From a virus (taxonomy: Duplodnaviria; Heunggongvirae; Uroviricota; Caudoviricetes), in the IMG/VR virus record IMGVR_UViG_2695420565_000003: 27,343 nt of DNA. One strand, given 5' to 3'. The translations under genes and the position numbers were made by a program. Positions 1 to 8,536 of the stretch are shown here, piece by piece. The notes under the pieces are model-generated. The model was not told the DNA's origin. It ran no database searches and worked only from the letters and a program-made list of their open reading frames with translations. Position 1 is the first letter of the stretch. Each line of letters begins with the position of its first letter.

Positions 1-127
1 CTCCTCCGGCAGAAGCAGAAAAAGCTTATTATGCTTCCATCGGAAACGATGATCTGGCAGCCTGAGTTCACAGATAAAACACTCTCCAGGAAACCCGGGG
101 CGGTTCAAACAGATTAGCTCTCTGGAT

Positions 128-547
128 TTGGCTAAAGAATTTGGAAAGAGACATCAAGATGTTTTGCGTGACGTTAGGTTAGTTTCTAAAAATACAGGAA
201 TTGCTTTTGTTGAATCTGTGTATGTAGATTCCCAAAATCGAAAAAAGTGTCACTATATGCTGTGTGGACAATTAGCAGATGCGATGTATAAACGCTATAA
301 CGGCTTACGTTTTGGTTTATCTACTGCCGAAAAGATTGCTCTTAACACTATAGAACAAGTTTTAGGTATCAACCTGATTCGCCAGTGTCGGGTGTTAAAC
401 TATCGAATTGATGGTTATGATCCGGTTAATAATATAGCTTATGAAATTGATGAACCAGAACACCAGTACAAGAAAGAGCAAGACGAGATCCGTCAACGAA
501 GAATTGAAAATGAGTTAGGATGCAAGTTTGTCCGAATCAAAGTATGA
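128..547 (+). CDS. Rha-like DNA-binding N-terminus fused to a DUF559/Vsr-like PD-(D/E)xK nuclease-like C-terminus; putative homing-endonuclease-like or regulatory protein, with TTG start or a frameshifted 5' end
   Basis: The N-terminus 'LAKEFGKRHQDVLRDV' matches the Rha-family signature (FGKRHxNVLRDI) as I recall it. The C-terminus 'YRIDGYDPVNNIAYEIDEPEH...DEIRQRRIENELGCKFVRI' resembles the DUF559/Vsr-type endonuclease core. There is no ATG at the 5' end (the track start at 128 is TTG) and the frame is open back to 53. Stop is TGA. Confidence 0.5.
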   Translation: MAKEFGKRHQDVLRDVRLVSKNTGIAFVESVYVDSQNRKKCHYMLCGQLADAMYKRYNGLRFGLSTAEKIALNTIEQVLGINLIRQCRVLNYRIDGYDPVNNIAYEIDEPEHQYKKEQDEIRQRRIENELGCKFVRIKV

Positions 548-551
548 TTTT

Positions 552-580
552 AGCCTCGCCTAGTGCGGGGCTTTTTTGTT
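552..580 (+). terminator. Rho-independent terminator after the 128..547 gene
   Basis: Stem AGCCTCGC / GCGGGGCT (one G-U pair), loop CTAGT, followed by TTTTTTGTTTT. Confidence 0.6.
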
Positions 581-592
581 TTCTATAGGCAT

Positions 593-617
593 AAAAAAAG
601 CCACTCCGAAGAGTGGC
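593..617 (-). terminator. Rho-independent terminator for the minus-strand genes, back-to-back with the + strand terminator
   Basis: On the minus strand this reads GCCACTC-TTCG-GAGTGGC followed by TTTTTTT (the complement of the A-run at 593-599). Confidence 0.6.
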
Positions 618-632
618 AAAGAGAATCAAAAC

Positions 633-866
633 TCAAAAACCTGTTGCTTCTACGATCTGACCATCACCGATCTGAACATAGAATTTAATATCTAACTTCT
701 TGATATTTTTATAGAATTGAGCTACCGATATAGCGTGCTCACTAAGAATCTGTTCTTTCGCTTCCTTCCCGCGATCCGCTGTATAGTAAGCGTAGGCAAT
801 ATCAGCCATCTGTTCAGCGTTAAAACGGGCAGGGCGACCGCGAGTAGCTTTAGTAGTCATAGTCAT
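633..866 (-). CDS. Small putative DNA-binding protein (77 aa)
   Basis: Open frame with an AT-hook-like 'TRGRPARF' and a helix-turn-helix-like segment 'LSEHAISVAQFYKNIKK'. TGA stop. Co-directional with the 895..1500 gene. Confidence 0.45.
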   Translation of the reverse strand: MTMTTKATRGRPARFNAEQMADIAYAYYTADRGKEAKEQILSEHAISVAQFYKNIKKLDIKFYVQIGDGQIVEATGF

Positions 867-894
867 TTCTCCAAATTAAAGTGAATGTTCACCT

Positions 895-1500
895 TTATTT
901 AGAGGACTTACATTTTATCGGAAAAAGTTCTCCATCGTCAACCGACATAAAGAACTCTGCCTTAATCCCGTACTTCTTCAACCGTGAATAGTATGTACCC
1001 CGACTTATATCAACCTTGCGCAGCACTTCGAAGAACTCTTTAGGATTCCTGTAATAGTGGCTATATCGCACGTTAGCGAGTTCTACAAACAATTCCCTTG
1101 TATCACCATAGCCTTTCTTAAAAGCCACGTTACGATAGCGTGTAATGGCATGATTCAATCTCTTCTGTTTAAGCACTTCCCTAATCGGTGTCCACTGCAA
1201 CCGATAGATTGGACCGTCATCCACTCGATAGAATCGCTTAATGTCAAAATCAAACCATTCACGAACTCTATTAAACTCTGTCTGTGATGTTCGGTGCTTC
1301 TTAAAGAAGTTGTGAATATCGGTATACCCATGATCGCGATACAACTCGATTAAAATCTGTTTAGCTTCCTCGCGACTAAAGCCGGATGTTGTGTAATCAG
1401 TCTTCTTGTGATGGTGCTTAACTGGCAAACGATATTCATGATCGGTACAACAAGAAAAGGCTAATTCTAATACATCTCTTTGTTGCTGATTAATTAGCAT
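895..1500 (-). CDS. Hypothetical protein (201 aa) with a C-terminal HTH-like segment
   Basis: Long open frame divergent from TerL. '[19 protein letters not shown]' resembles a helix-turn-helix. Function unknown. Confidence 0.5.
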   Translation of the reverse strand: MLINQQQRDVLELAFSCCTDHEYRLPVKHHHKKTDYTTSGFSREEAKQILIELYRDHGYTDIHNFFKKHRTSQTEFNRVREWFDFDIKRFYRVDDGPIYRLQWTPIREVLKQKRLNHAITRYRNVAFKKGYGDTRELFVELANVRYSHYYRNPKEFFEVLRKVDISRGTYYSRLKKYGIKAEFFMSVDDGELFPIKCKSSK

Positions 1501-1587
1501 ACAACCCCCTTAAATCTTAATACCCGTATTTATCAAAATATCAACAATTTAATAAATACCTTCATATTTCGTAATGAGGGTAATTAC

Positions 1588-3492
1588 ATGAAACTGATTT
1601 CAAATAAGGCAAAATTAAAAAAGATTCTTAAAAATGCCGCAAAATATATCACTCCACCGCCTAAGCTCCTTCCTTCTGAATGGTGCGAAGCTAATATGGT
1701 GCTGGTAGATGGTCCTCAAGCTGGGGATAAAGTTAAATTACTGTCATTCCAGAAAGGCATGATTGATGCTCCTTTCCTTGAGAACAAGAAAAAGTATGTT
1801 CTGATGACCAGTGCGCAGATCGGAAAGACTACCATCCTGAACGGCATCCTGTTTAACCAGATGGCTAACGATCCATGCAATATGATTATCGGACAATCAA
1901 CCGCTAAAGAAATGTCTCAATATCTCGCGGGTAAGATCCGACCGTCTATCGAAGCATGTGATGCATTAAAAGACGTGGTTACAGACAAGAATGATCGCAA
2001 TGCGGTTAACAACAATAACCAGCTACAGCTAAAAACGAATCACTTCCTGTACATGGTATCGCTTACCAGTCCATCAACCCTACGTGGTAAGACCGCAAAG
2101 GTTGGGTTGCTTGACGAAATCGATGCTGCTACAGCCTCAGAAGAAGGTGATCCGGTGGCACTGGCTGCTAACCGTTTAACTACCTTTGGCGATGAAGGCC
2201 GATTAGTCGTATCCAGTACCCCGACCAGTAAGCTGGGAAGCATTAACCAGCAATGGTTATCAAGCGACATGCGTATGTTTTTTGTTCCGTGTCCGCATTG
2301 CGGGGAACACCAGGTGATCGAGTGGGAAAACGTTCAATTTGAATGGCGTAACATTGATGGTAAGAACTTACCCGATCCTGATACCGCTCGTTATATTTGC
2401 CCCCACTGTAAGAACGCATGGACAGAAGGGGAACGAATCAGGGCAGTAGCACAAGGCGAGTGGAGAGCAACCCGTGAAAGTGAAGTAGCCGGATTCTGGA
2501 TCAGTCGTCTGTATTCACCTTTCAGCACGATTCGCGCTTGTGTGGTTGATTTTAGTCATGCGTGGCAATCCTTTGATTTACAATCCTTTTTTAACACCGT
2601 GTTAGGCAAGGTATACGACGATCAGGACACGGCAGTAGAAGCAAATGAACTGGAACAACTCAAAACAGATGTTTCTATCGAGAATATCCCTGATGACGTG
2701 ATTTTCTTGTGTGCGGGTACTGACCAGCAATTAGATCGCGCAGAAACTACAATCATGGGCGTGGCAAAGGATAAGATTTATATTCTGGATCATCGCAGCT
2801 TTTACGATCATAACTGTGAACGATATGAATCCCCTGTATGGGATAGATTAATCAACTTCCATAAAACCAAATTTACTACTGTATCGGGTGATCGTGTTCC
2901 TATGCTCGCCAGCTTCCTTGATACATCGAACGGTCGATTCACTCAAGCTGGATACCGTATTTGCGGCAAGTGGAAGAACTTACACGCTATCAAAGGTAGT
3001 TCTGCTGGTAACGCTCCGATCATTCCGGTTAAACCTACCCGCACAGGTGGTCATGAATTGCTTATGTTGGGTGTTAATGTGGGTAAAACTGCATTTCGTG
3101 AAATGTTGGCTAGGAACCTGAAAGATAATCCTCATATTGGCTTAGAAATATCAGACACCGTTCCTGATGATTATCTCGATCAGCTTTTAAGTGAATCTGT
3201 CAAGCGTACTACTACTGGCGTGAGATGGGTAAAGAACCCAGGCGTTAGGAACGAGGCGCTCGACTGCGCCGTGTATGCTACAGCGGCTTCTCGCTACGTC
3301 CTTTCAAAAATGTCATGGGAAAAACTCGAAGCCATCAAAGATAGTTTGAACCGTGAACCAGAAGAATCCGTAGAAGCTCCTAAATCGCAATCTAACGAGC
3401 AAATCGAAGAAACTAAGCCAATCACACGACCACAACGTAAAAACATCGCCAGACGCCCAAATAGAGGCCGTAGCTGGGTAACATCGTTCTAA
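1588..3492 (+). CDS. terL: Terminase large subunit, lambda gpA family
   Basis: 634 aa. The N-terminus 'EWCEANMVL...[10 protein letters not shown]...[11 protein letters not shown]' parallels lambda gpA as I recall it. Also present are the 'CPHCGEHQ' and '[10 protein letters not shown]' zinc-ribbon-like motifs, '[17 protein letters not shown]' and C-terminal '[16 protein letters not shown]' (lambda: RNEALDCFVYALAALR). RBS GAGGG upstream. Confidence 0.92.
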   Translation: MKLISNKAKLKKILKNAAKYITPPPKLLPSEWCEANMVLVDGPQAGDKVKLLSFQKGMIDAPFLENKKKYVLMTSAQIGKTTILNGILFNQMANDPCNMIIGQSTAKEMSQYLAGKIRPSIEACDALKDVVTDKNDRNAVNNNNQLQLKTNHFLYMVSLTSPSTLRGKTAKVGLLDEIDAATASEEGDPVALAANRLTTFGDEGRLVVSSTPTSKLGSINQQWLSSDMRMFFVPCPHCGEHQVIEWENVQFEWRNIDGKNLPDPDTARYICPHCKNAWTEGERIRAVAQGEWRATRESEVAGFWISRLYSPFSTIRACVVDFSHAWQSFDLQSFFNTVLGKVYDDQDTAVEANELEQLKTDVSIENIPDDVIFLCAGTDQQLDRAETTIMGVAKDKIYILDHRSFYDHNCERYESPVWDRLINFHKTKFTTVSGDRVPMLASFLDTSNGRFTQAGYRICGKWKNLHAIKGSSAGNAPIIPVKPTRTGGHELLMLGVNVGKTAFREMLARNLKDNPHIGLEISDTVPDDYLDQLLSESVKRTTTGVRWVKNPGVRNEALDCAVYATAASRYVLSKMSWEKLEAIKDSLNREPEESVEAPKSQSNEQIEETKPITRPQRKNIARRPNRGRSWVTSF

Positions 3493-3498
3493 TAACTC

Positions 3499-3516
3499 GC
3501 CGTCCTTCGGGGCGGC
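3499..3516 (+). other. RNA stem-loop with a UUCG tetraloop; weak terminator or transcript-stabilising hairpin
   Basis: GCCGTCC-TTCG-GGGCGGC (7-bp stem, one G-U pair). No clean T-run follows. Confidence 0.3.
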
Positions 3517-3564
3517 TTACTCCTAAATATTGTTAATCCAATAACAATTAAATAAGGGGTAATT

Positions 3565-4062
3565 ATGAGTTTAGAACTAATTCCCTTAGTAATTCGTAAA
3601 GGCGAAAAAATCACGCTGGCGAATGAAGAGGGTGTAACAATTCAGGTAGGAAATAGTAATAAAGGTATCATTTATCAGGTTGATGATACTCCGGCTAATC
3701 ACGAGATTAAAACGTTAGACTTTCCAGAAGGTAAATATACCATCTTAGCAACTTTTGACGATGAACTGGTATCAATGCAGGAATTAACTGTTTTGCCAGT
3801 ATTCGCCAAACAATCCAAAAAAGAATATCTGCGGGAAACTATCGCCTTAATCGAGCAAGTTATTTTCGCCCGTTTATCTGGGGACGAAGCCGCATTATCA
3901 GCAATGACAATAAAAGGGAACTCATTCGCTTATGAGTCATTGGGTGTTCTCCAGCAATTGAAGACTGATTATGAACGTCAGTTATCTAAATTAATTCAAG
4001 CCGAACGACGTAAACAGGGAATTAGCCCGATTAAAAATATCAAATTACGTCTTACGCGATAA
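3565..4062 (+). CDS. Hypothetical head-module protein (165 aa) between terminase and portal
   Basis: ORF preceded by the conserved AAGGGGTAAT-type RBS. No recognisable motif. Its position corresponds to lambda gpW but it is larger. Confidence 0.55.
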   Translation: MSLELIPLVIRKGEKITLANEEGVTIQVGNSNKGIIYQVDDTPANHEIKTLDFPEGKYTILATFDDELVSMQELTVLPVFAKQSKKEYLRETIALIEQVIFARLSGDEAALSAMTIKGNSFAYESLGVLQQLKTDYERQLSKLIQAERRKQGISPIKNIKLRLTR

Positions 4063-4072
4063 GGGGTAAATC

Positions 4073-5584
4073 ATGTTTAATCTTTTTCGACGCAAAAAGG
4101 CGGTAGAAACTCCAGTTAAAACTAATCACCGCCAGCAACAACCAAAAATTTTCATCGATAAGCAAGTAGAAAAATTCCAGAAAGACCTATCTCAACGGAG
4201 TTTAGGACTGGTTGGTGATCGTATTGATGGATCACTTCAACAAGACACCATTACAGGAACCTTCAATAAGGCTCTCAAATCGAACGGTAAGCGCCTTTAT
4301 GATCAGGGTCGTACTCTGGCCTTAAACACTTCCGTAGGCAGTCGCTACACGCAATACATCACCGATATGGTGGTAGGTACTGGCCTAGATCCGAAGCCGT
4401 CAATCGTTAAATCGAATGGCAAACTTGATAGCGCACTGAATAAGCAGATCGAAAATGCTTTCTGGAAGTGGGCGCAGAATGCTAAACGATTCTCTCGTAA
4501 CGGTCGCTTTAACTTCCGTGAATTGCTGGTAATGGCTGAACGTGAGCGCGTTATGGGTGGTGAGTGCTTCATCGTTTTAACCAAAGAAAACAATGAGTTA
4601 AATGTTTCTATCCTGTCTGCTGATAAGTGCGACTGGTCGCTAAACCGTGAAATAAGCAAAGAGCGTGCGATATATCAAGGTGTGGAGTATGACGTAGAGA
4701 CGATGAAGCCCGTAGCATACTGGTTTCGTAAAATCAACCTACTGACTCAGACCTACACTGGTGATAACTATCGCGTCGATGCTTCGCAAGTATGCCATTA
4801 TTATCAACCACTTACAGCCGAATCCCTGCGTGGTGTGACTGACTTCCTGCCAGTGATCAAGGATATCGCACATCAAGACGCATTCCGCGAAACTGCGATC
4901 GTCCAGAAACGTATTGCAGCTAGCTCTATGGGCTTTATCGAACGTCCGAAAGATTCTGGTGACGATTTTGATACTGGTGAAGATGATGAACAATATCAAG
5001 CGCCGGAAGTAGTACAGGATTTTGCACCGGGTACTATTCAGGAATTACCGGAAGGGGCAACGATCAAGAGCATCCAGGCGACGCAAAGCGGTGATGACTT
5101 CAATTCGTTCAATGATGCGATGTTTACTAGCGTATCAATGGGCTTAGGCGTGTTCAAACAGGGCTTAACGGGAGATTGTTCACAGATCAACTACTCAGCC
5201 GCACGTTTTGGTGAACTACTTCAACGTAACCGCGTTAAAGCACTTCAAAACAAATTGATTGAAACAGTGGTGTTGCCAATTTTCGAAGCATATCTACGCC
5301 ATTATTCCGCGCGTGGTATGGTTCCGATTCGTATTACTGCAATTCCGCATATTATCGATAATACAACTATTATTCGTCCGCGTTTTGAGTCCGTCGATGT
5401 TATTAAAGATGTGAACGCTGATATTGCTTTAATTGATAAGGGACTTAAATCACGTACTGCCGTTATATTAGAACGTGGTGATGATCCTGAAAAAGTATTC
5501 TCAGAGATTCAAGCCGAAAAGAGCGCACTAAATATTATCGTTGATGGTGAGGGTGAAGAAAAAAATTCCCCAGCCGATCCCTAA
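4073..5584 (+). CDS. Portal protein
   Basis: 503-aa ORF immediately downstream of TerL and upstream of the protease/capsid gene. Size and position are typical of portals. RBS AAGGGGTAAAT. Assigned mainly on synteny. Confidence 0.75.
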   Translation: MFNLFRRKKAVETPVKTNHRQQQPKIFIDKQVEKFQKDLSQRSLGLVGDRIDGSLQQDTITGTFNKALKSNGKRLYDQGRTLALNTSVGSRYTQYITDMVVGTGLDPKPSIVKSNGKLDSALNKQIENAFWKWAQNAKRFSRNGRFNFRELLVMAERERVMGGECFIVLTKENNELNVSILSADKCDWSLNREISKERAIYQGVEYDVETMKPVAYWFRKINLLTQTYTGDNYRVDASQVCHYYQPLTAESLRGVTDFLPVIKDIAHQDAFRETAIVQKRIAASSMGFIERPKDSGDDFDTGEDDEQYQAPEVVQDFAPGTIQELPEGATIKSIQATQSGDDFNSFNDAMFTSVSMGLGVFKQGLTGDCSQINYSAARFGELLQRNRVKALQNKLIETVVLPIFEAYLRHYSARGMVPIRITAIPHIIDNTTIIRPRFESVDVIKDVNADIALIDKGLKSRTAVILERGDDPEKVFSEIQAEKSALNIIVDGEGEEKNSPADP

Positions 5585-5629
5585 TAACCAACGGGGGCGC
5601 AATGCCCCCAATTAATTAAAGGTGATTAA

Positions 5630-7639
5630 ATGCTTAAATTTCGCCGCGATCTTAACGGTTACGGTGGAGTTATTAACGAAGGGCATAACGATCAATACGA
5701 ATTTGAAATTGCTTTCTCCAGTGAACAGCCGTATCAGCGCCAATTCTGGGATGAGCAAAATCAAGAGATGGTGGTATTAGATGAAATTCTGGTACATACC
5801 CCGGAAGCGGTTGATCTGTCTCGTCTGAATAATAACGCTCCGTTGCTGTTCAATCATAATTTCGATAATCACATTGGTGTCGTTTGTAACGCTCGAATCG
5901 ATGCGGATAACGTAGGTCGTGCTCTGGTTAAATTCTCTAAGCATGGCACTTTGGCTAATGATATTCGCAATAAAGTCATTGAAGGTACGATGGAAAAAAT
6001 TTCTGTCGGTTATGACATTAAAGAATATCACATCGACTACACCAAAGGACAATTGATTGTTACTAAGTGGGCACCCTATGAACTCTCATTTGTCACCGTT
6101 CCCGCAGACGATACGGTCGGTTTAAATCGCTCTCTAAATACTATCACAGTTAATTTGGAGGCTAAACGCGATATGACTAAAGAACAAATCGAAGAAATCA
6201 AAGAAGAACAAGAATCCGCTCAGGTTGAAGAAACTCCGGTAGAAGAAAATAAAGAATCGGAAGTAGAAGAAACTCAAGAGCGCCAAGTTGAAGAGAATAA
6301 AGAAGATGAAAATCTCGAAGACGGAAAAGACGCTGAACATCCTGAAAGTGTTGATGATGATAGTTCAACTGTTCGGGAAACAGAAGAAGTAAAAGAAGAA
6401 CGTGAAGCTGCTCCGGTTGAAGAAGAAAAAATCGAAGAAGTGGCTGAACGTTCCGAAGAAGACGAATTAGAAATTCGCGAGATCGCTCGCGAACTTCTAA
6501 TTGACGACGAAGAATTGAAACGCGCATTGGCAATTAAAGACATGACGCCGGAAGCATTCCGCACTAAGGCACTAAATAATCTCGTCAATGCTCAACGTAA
6601 TAACGAACAACAAATTAAGGACTCTAAAATGGAAAAAACTTTTGACCTGAACAACGTAATTCGCTCTCTGGTAGATGGTGAAGCTCTGGGTGCTAACGAA
6701 GCCGAGTTTTCTGCAATGGCTGCTACTGCAACTATGCAGCGTGGTCGTGCTGCTCGTGGTGGCTCTGTATTCGTTCCGGCTGCTGCTATGCGTGCTGCTG
6801 CTGCTGGTAACACCAAAGCTACTCTGACTGCTGTTACTGATGAAAAACTGCTGACTGAATCCTACATCGAAATGCTGCTTCCTGCTTCGTGTCTGGGTCG
6901 TCTGGGCGTGACCGTCCTGTCTGGTCTGAATAGCCCGATCGCTGTTCCGAAAATGACTGCTTCTAGCGTTGAAGCCTTTGGTTTTGTTGATGAAAATGGT
7001 GCTGCCCCCGAGTCACATGCGGAATTTTCGAACGTGAAAATGGCTCCGAAAACTTTTGCTGGTGGCAACCCGATCAGCCGTCAATCTCTGAAAACTGTTC
7101 CTAATATCGCTACCCTGATCACTGATCACATTAACAAAGCTGTTCGCATCAAACTGGAACAACTGATTCTGTCTGATAAAGAAAATGCTCGTGGTCCGGC
7201 TGGTCTGGTTAAACAACTGGTAGACGCTAGCCGCGTGACTAAGAAAACCGCTTTCAGCTACAAAGACCTGTTGAAAGAGATTGCCGCATTGACCGACGCT
7301 GGCGTTCCTGCTCAGGCGATCAAGTTCGCTATGAGTGGTGCAACTGCTGCTGAACTGGAATCTACCCCGAAATCTGATCGTGGTGACGCTCAAGGCTTCA
7401 TTATGGAAAACGGCAAAATTGCTGGTTATGAAGTAGTTACTTCTGGCGTTATTCCGGCAGATACGATCGTTCTGGGCGATTTCAGCGGCATTATCGTTGG
7501 GGAATGGGGAGGTCTTGAGCTAGATCTGGACGATTCAACGTACCGTGCACAGTCTGCGATCGTGCCTCGTGTATGGCTGGATTTGGACTACGTTGTAGCA
7601 CAGCCGGAAGCTCTGAAAGTTCTCCAGATTGGCGAATGA
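5630..7639 (+). CDS. Fused prohead protease (HK97/S78-type) + acidic scaffold/delta region + major capsid protein
   Basis: The N-terminal ~170 aa carry HK97-protease-like motifs ('LLFNHNFDNHIGVV', 'KISVGYDI', 'YELSFVTVPADDT'). A highly acidic E/K-rich coiled-coil segment follows, then a ~330-aa capsid-like C-terminus. It is one uninterrupted frame. Stop is TGA. Confidence 0.85.
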   Translation: MLKFRRDLNGYGGVINEGHNDQYEFEIAFSSEQPYQRQFWDEQNQEMVVLDEILVHTPEAVDLSRLNNNAPLLFNHNFDNHIGVVCNARIDADNVGRALVKFSKHGTLANDIRNKVIEGTMEKISVGYDIKEYHIDYTKGQLIVTKWAPYELSFVTVPADDTVGLNRSLNTITVNLEAKRDMTKEQIEEIKEEQESAQVEETPVEENKESEVEETQERQVEENKEDENLEDGKDAEHPESVDDDSSTVRETEEVKEEREAAPVEEEKIEEVAERSEEDELEIREIARELLIDDEELKRALAIKDMTPEAFRTKALNNLVNAQRNNEQQIKDSKMEKTFDLNNVIRSLVDGEALGANEAEFSAMAATATMQRGRAARGGSVFVPAAAMRAAAAGNTKATLTAVTDEKLLTESYIEMLLPASCLGRLGVTVLSGLNSPIAVPKMTASSVEAFGFVDENGAAPESHAEFSNVKMAPKTFAGGNPISRQSLKTVPNIATLITDHINKAVRIKLEQLILSDKENARGPAGLVKQLVDASRVTKKTAFSYKDLLKEIAALTDAGVPAQAIKFAMSGATAAELESTPKSDRGDAQGFIMENGKIAGYEVVTSGVIPADTIVLGDFSGIIVGEWGGLELDLDDSTYRAQSAIVPRVWLDLDYVVAQPEALKVLQIGE

Positions 7640-7768
7640 ACTAACGTAGAACCATCTGAACCTTCCCCCGATTTGGGGGAAGAAAATCTGATTCCTGAGC
7701 CGGAAGAAGAATCCCAGACGGTTAAGGCGAAAGCCACAGCTAAAAAACAGCGTAAAACTAAAGAATAA
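7640..7768 (+). other. In-frame 42-codon extension after the capsid TGA (candidate read-through peptide), ending in TAA
   Basis: The peptide 'TNVEPSEPSPDLGEENLIPEPEEESQTVKAKATAKKQRKTKE' continues the capsid frame. It is paralogous to the extension after the 13125..13598 gene. Confidence 0.4.
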
Positions 7769-7774
7769 TAATTA

Positions 7775-7801
7775 GCCCTGCCTAACGGTGGGGCTTTTTT
7801 G
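7775..7801 (+). terminator. Rho-independent terminator after the capsid gene and its extension
   Basis: GCCCTGCC-TAAC-GGTGGGGC followed by TTTTTTG. Nearly identical to the terminator at 13731-13758. Confidence 0.7.
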
Positions 7802-7830
7802 TATGTAAATACTCCATAAAGGGGGTAACT

Positions 7831-8121
7831 ATGTTCAAATTATCAGAATCACAATTATCAAGAATGTTCCGAAGTGCTCCTGTATTTTCGGTGGAAGGTG
7901 GTAAATCAATTCGTGCTTATCATGAAATTACTACTACCGACGAACAAGGGGTAATGACAGAGACAGAATTTTTATTTTGTCGTGAGGGAGACTTAAAGCA
8001 GGGTGATATTGTCATTGTAGAAAATCAGCGTTTCAAAGTTCAATACGTTAAGCGCAATGGTGACAATACAACTGATTGCTTTATCACTCTGGCAGGGGGT
8101 ACACATGCTCGCTACCGTTAA
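7831..8121 (+). CDS. Putative head-tail connector / head completion protein (96 aa)
   Basis: Small ORF directly after the capsid gene with RBS AAGGGGGTAACT. Assigned by position only. Confidence 0.45.
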   Translation: MFKLSESQLSRMFRSAPVFSVEGGKSIRAYHEITTTDEQGVMTETEFLFCREGDLKQGDIVIVENQRFKVQYVKRNGDNTTDCFITLAGGTHARYR

Positions 8122-8527
8122 TAACATGCCGAGACTGAAAATCAAACGCGCCTTGCAAGATATTATCGAACAAGATTTAGGTCTGGCTTTAAACGTAGAA
8201 CAAACTCAGCAAGGCTTTAGTGATGATGTGGTTTGTTGGATTATTGGCATGAATGAAACTTACACTAGGGTCCGTGGCGGTAATGCAATGCAAGCTGAAT
8301 GTGTTATCGAAATGCAATTATATTCTCAGATTCATGAAACCAAAATTCATGAGGGTATTTGCCAGATAATCCAGATTCAGCCGGATAACCCACGTTTTAA
8401 AGATTTGGGCTTCTCAATTTCAGATATCACTCCAGTAGCTTCTAATACCGATTATGACGATGATTCTAGTGATGGGGGTATCGTTGGGACACTTAGCCTT
8501 AAATTTTCTTATCTAGCGCGTTTTTAA
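8105..8527 (+). CDS. Putative neck / tail-completion protein (140 aa)
   Basis: The track ORF begins at 8057, but the ATG at 8105 is preceded by a GGGGG RBS and overlaps the upstream stop (ATGCTCGCTACCGTTAA). Assigned by position. Confidence 0.4.
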   Translation: MLATVNNMPRLKIKRALQDIIEQDLGLALNVEQTQQGFSDDVVCWIIGMNETYTRVRGGNAMQAECVIEMQLYSQIHETKIHEGICQIIQIQPDNPRFKDLGFSISDITPVASNTDYDDDSSDGGIVGTLSLKFSYLARF

Positions 8528-8536
8528 GGGGTAATA

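Noticed and set aside
1057-1287. 76-aa + strand ORF inside the minus-strand 895..1500 gene
   Set aside because: It is antisense and embedded within the longer, better-supported minus-strand ORF, with no RBS.
6134-6816. Several minus-strand ORFs (6134..6340, 6198..6533, 6274..6588, 6592..6816) inside the protease-capsid gene
   Set aside because: They are antisense to a well-supported coding frame in a compositionally biased acidic/Ala-rich segment. Their translations are low-complexity (poly-F/L/S) and they have no RBS.
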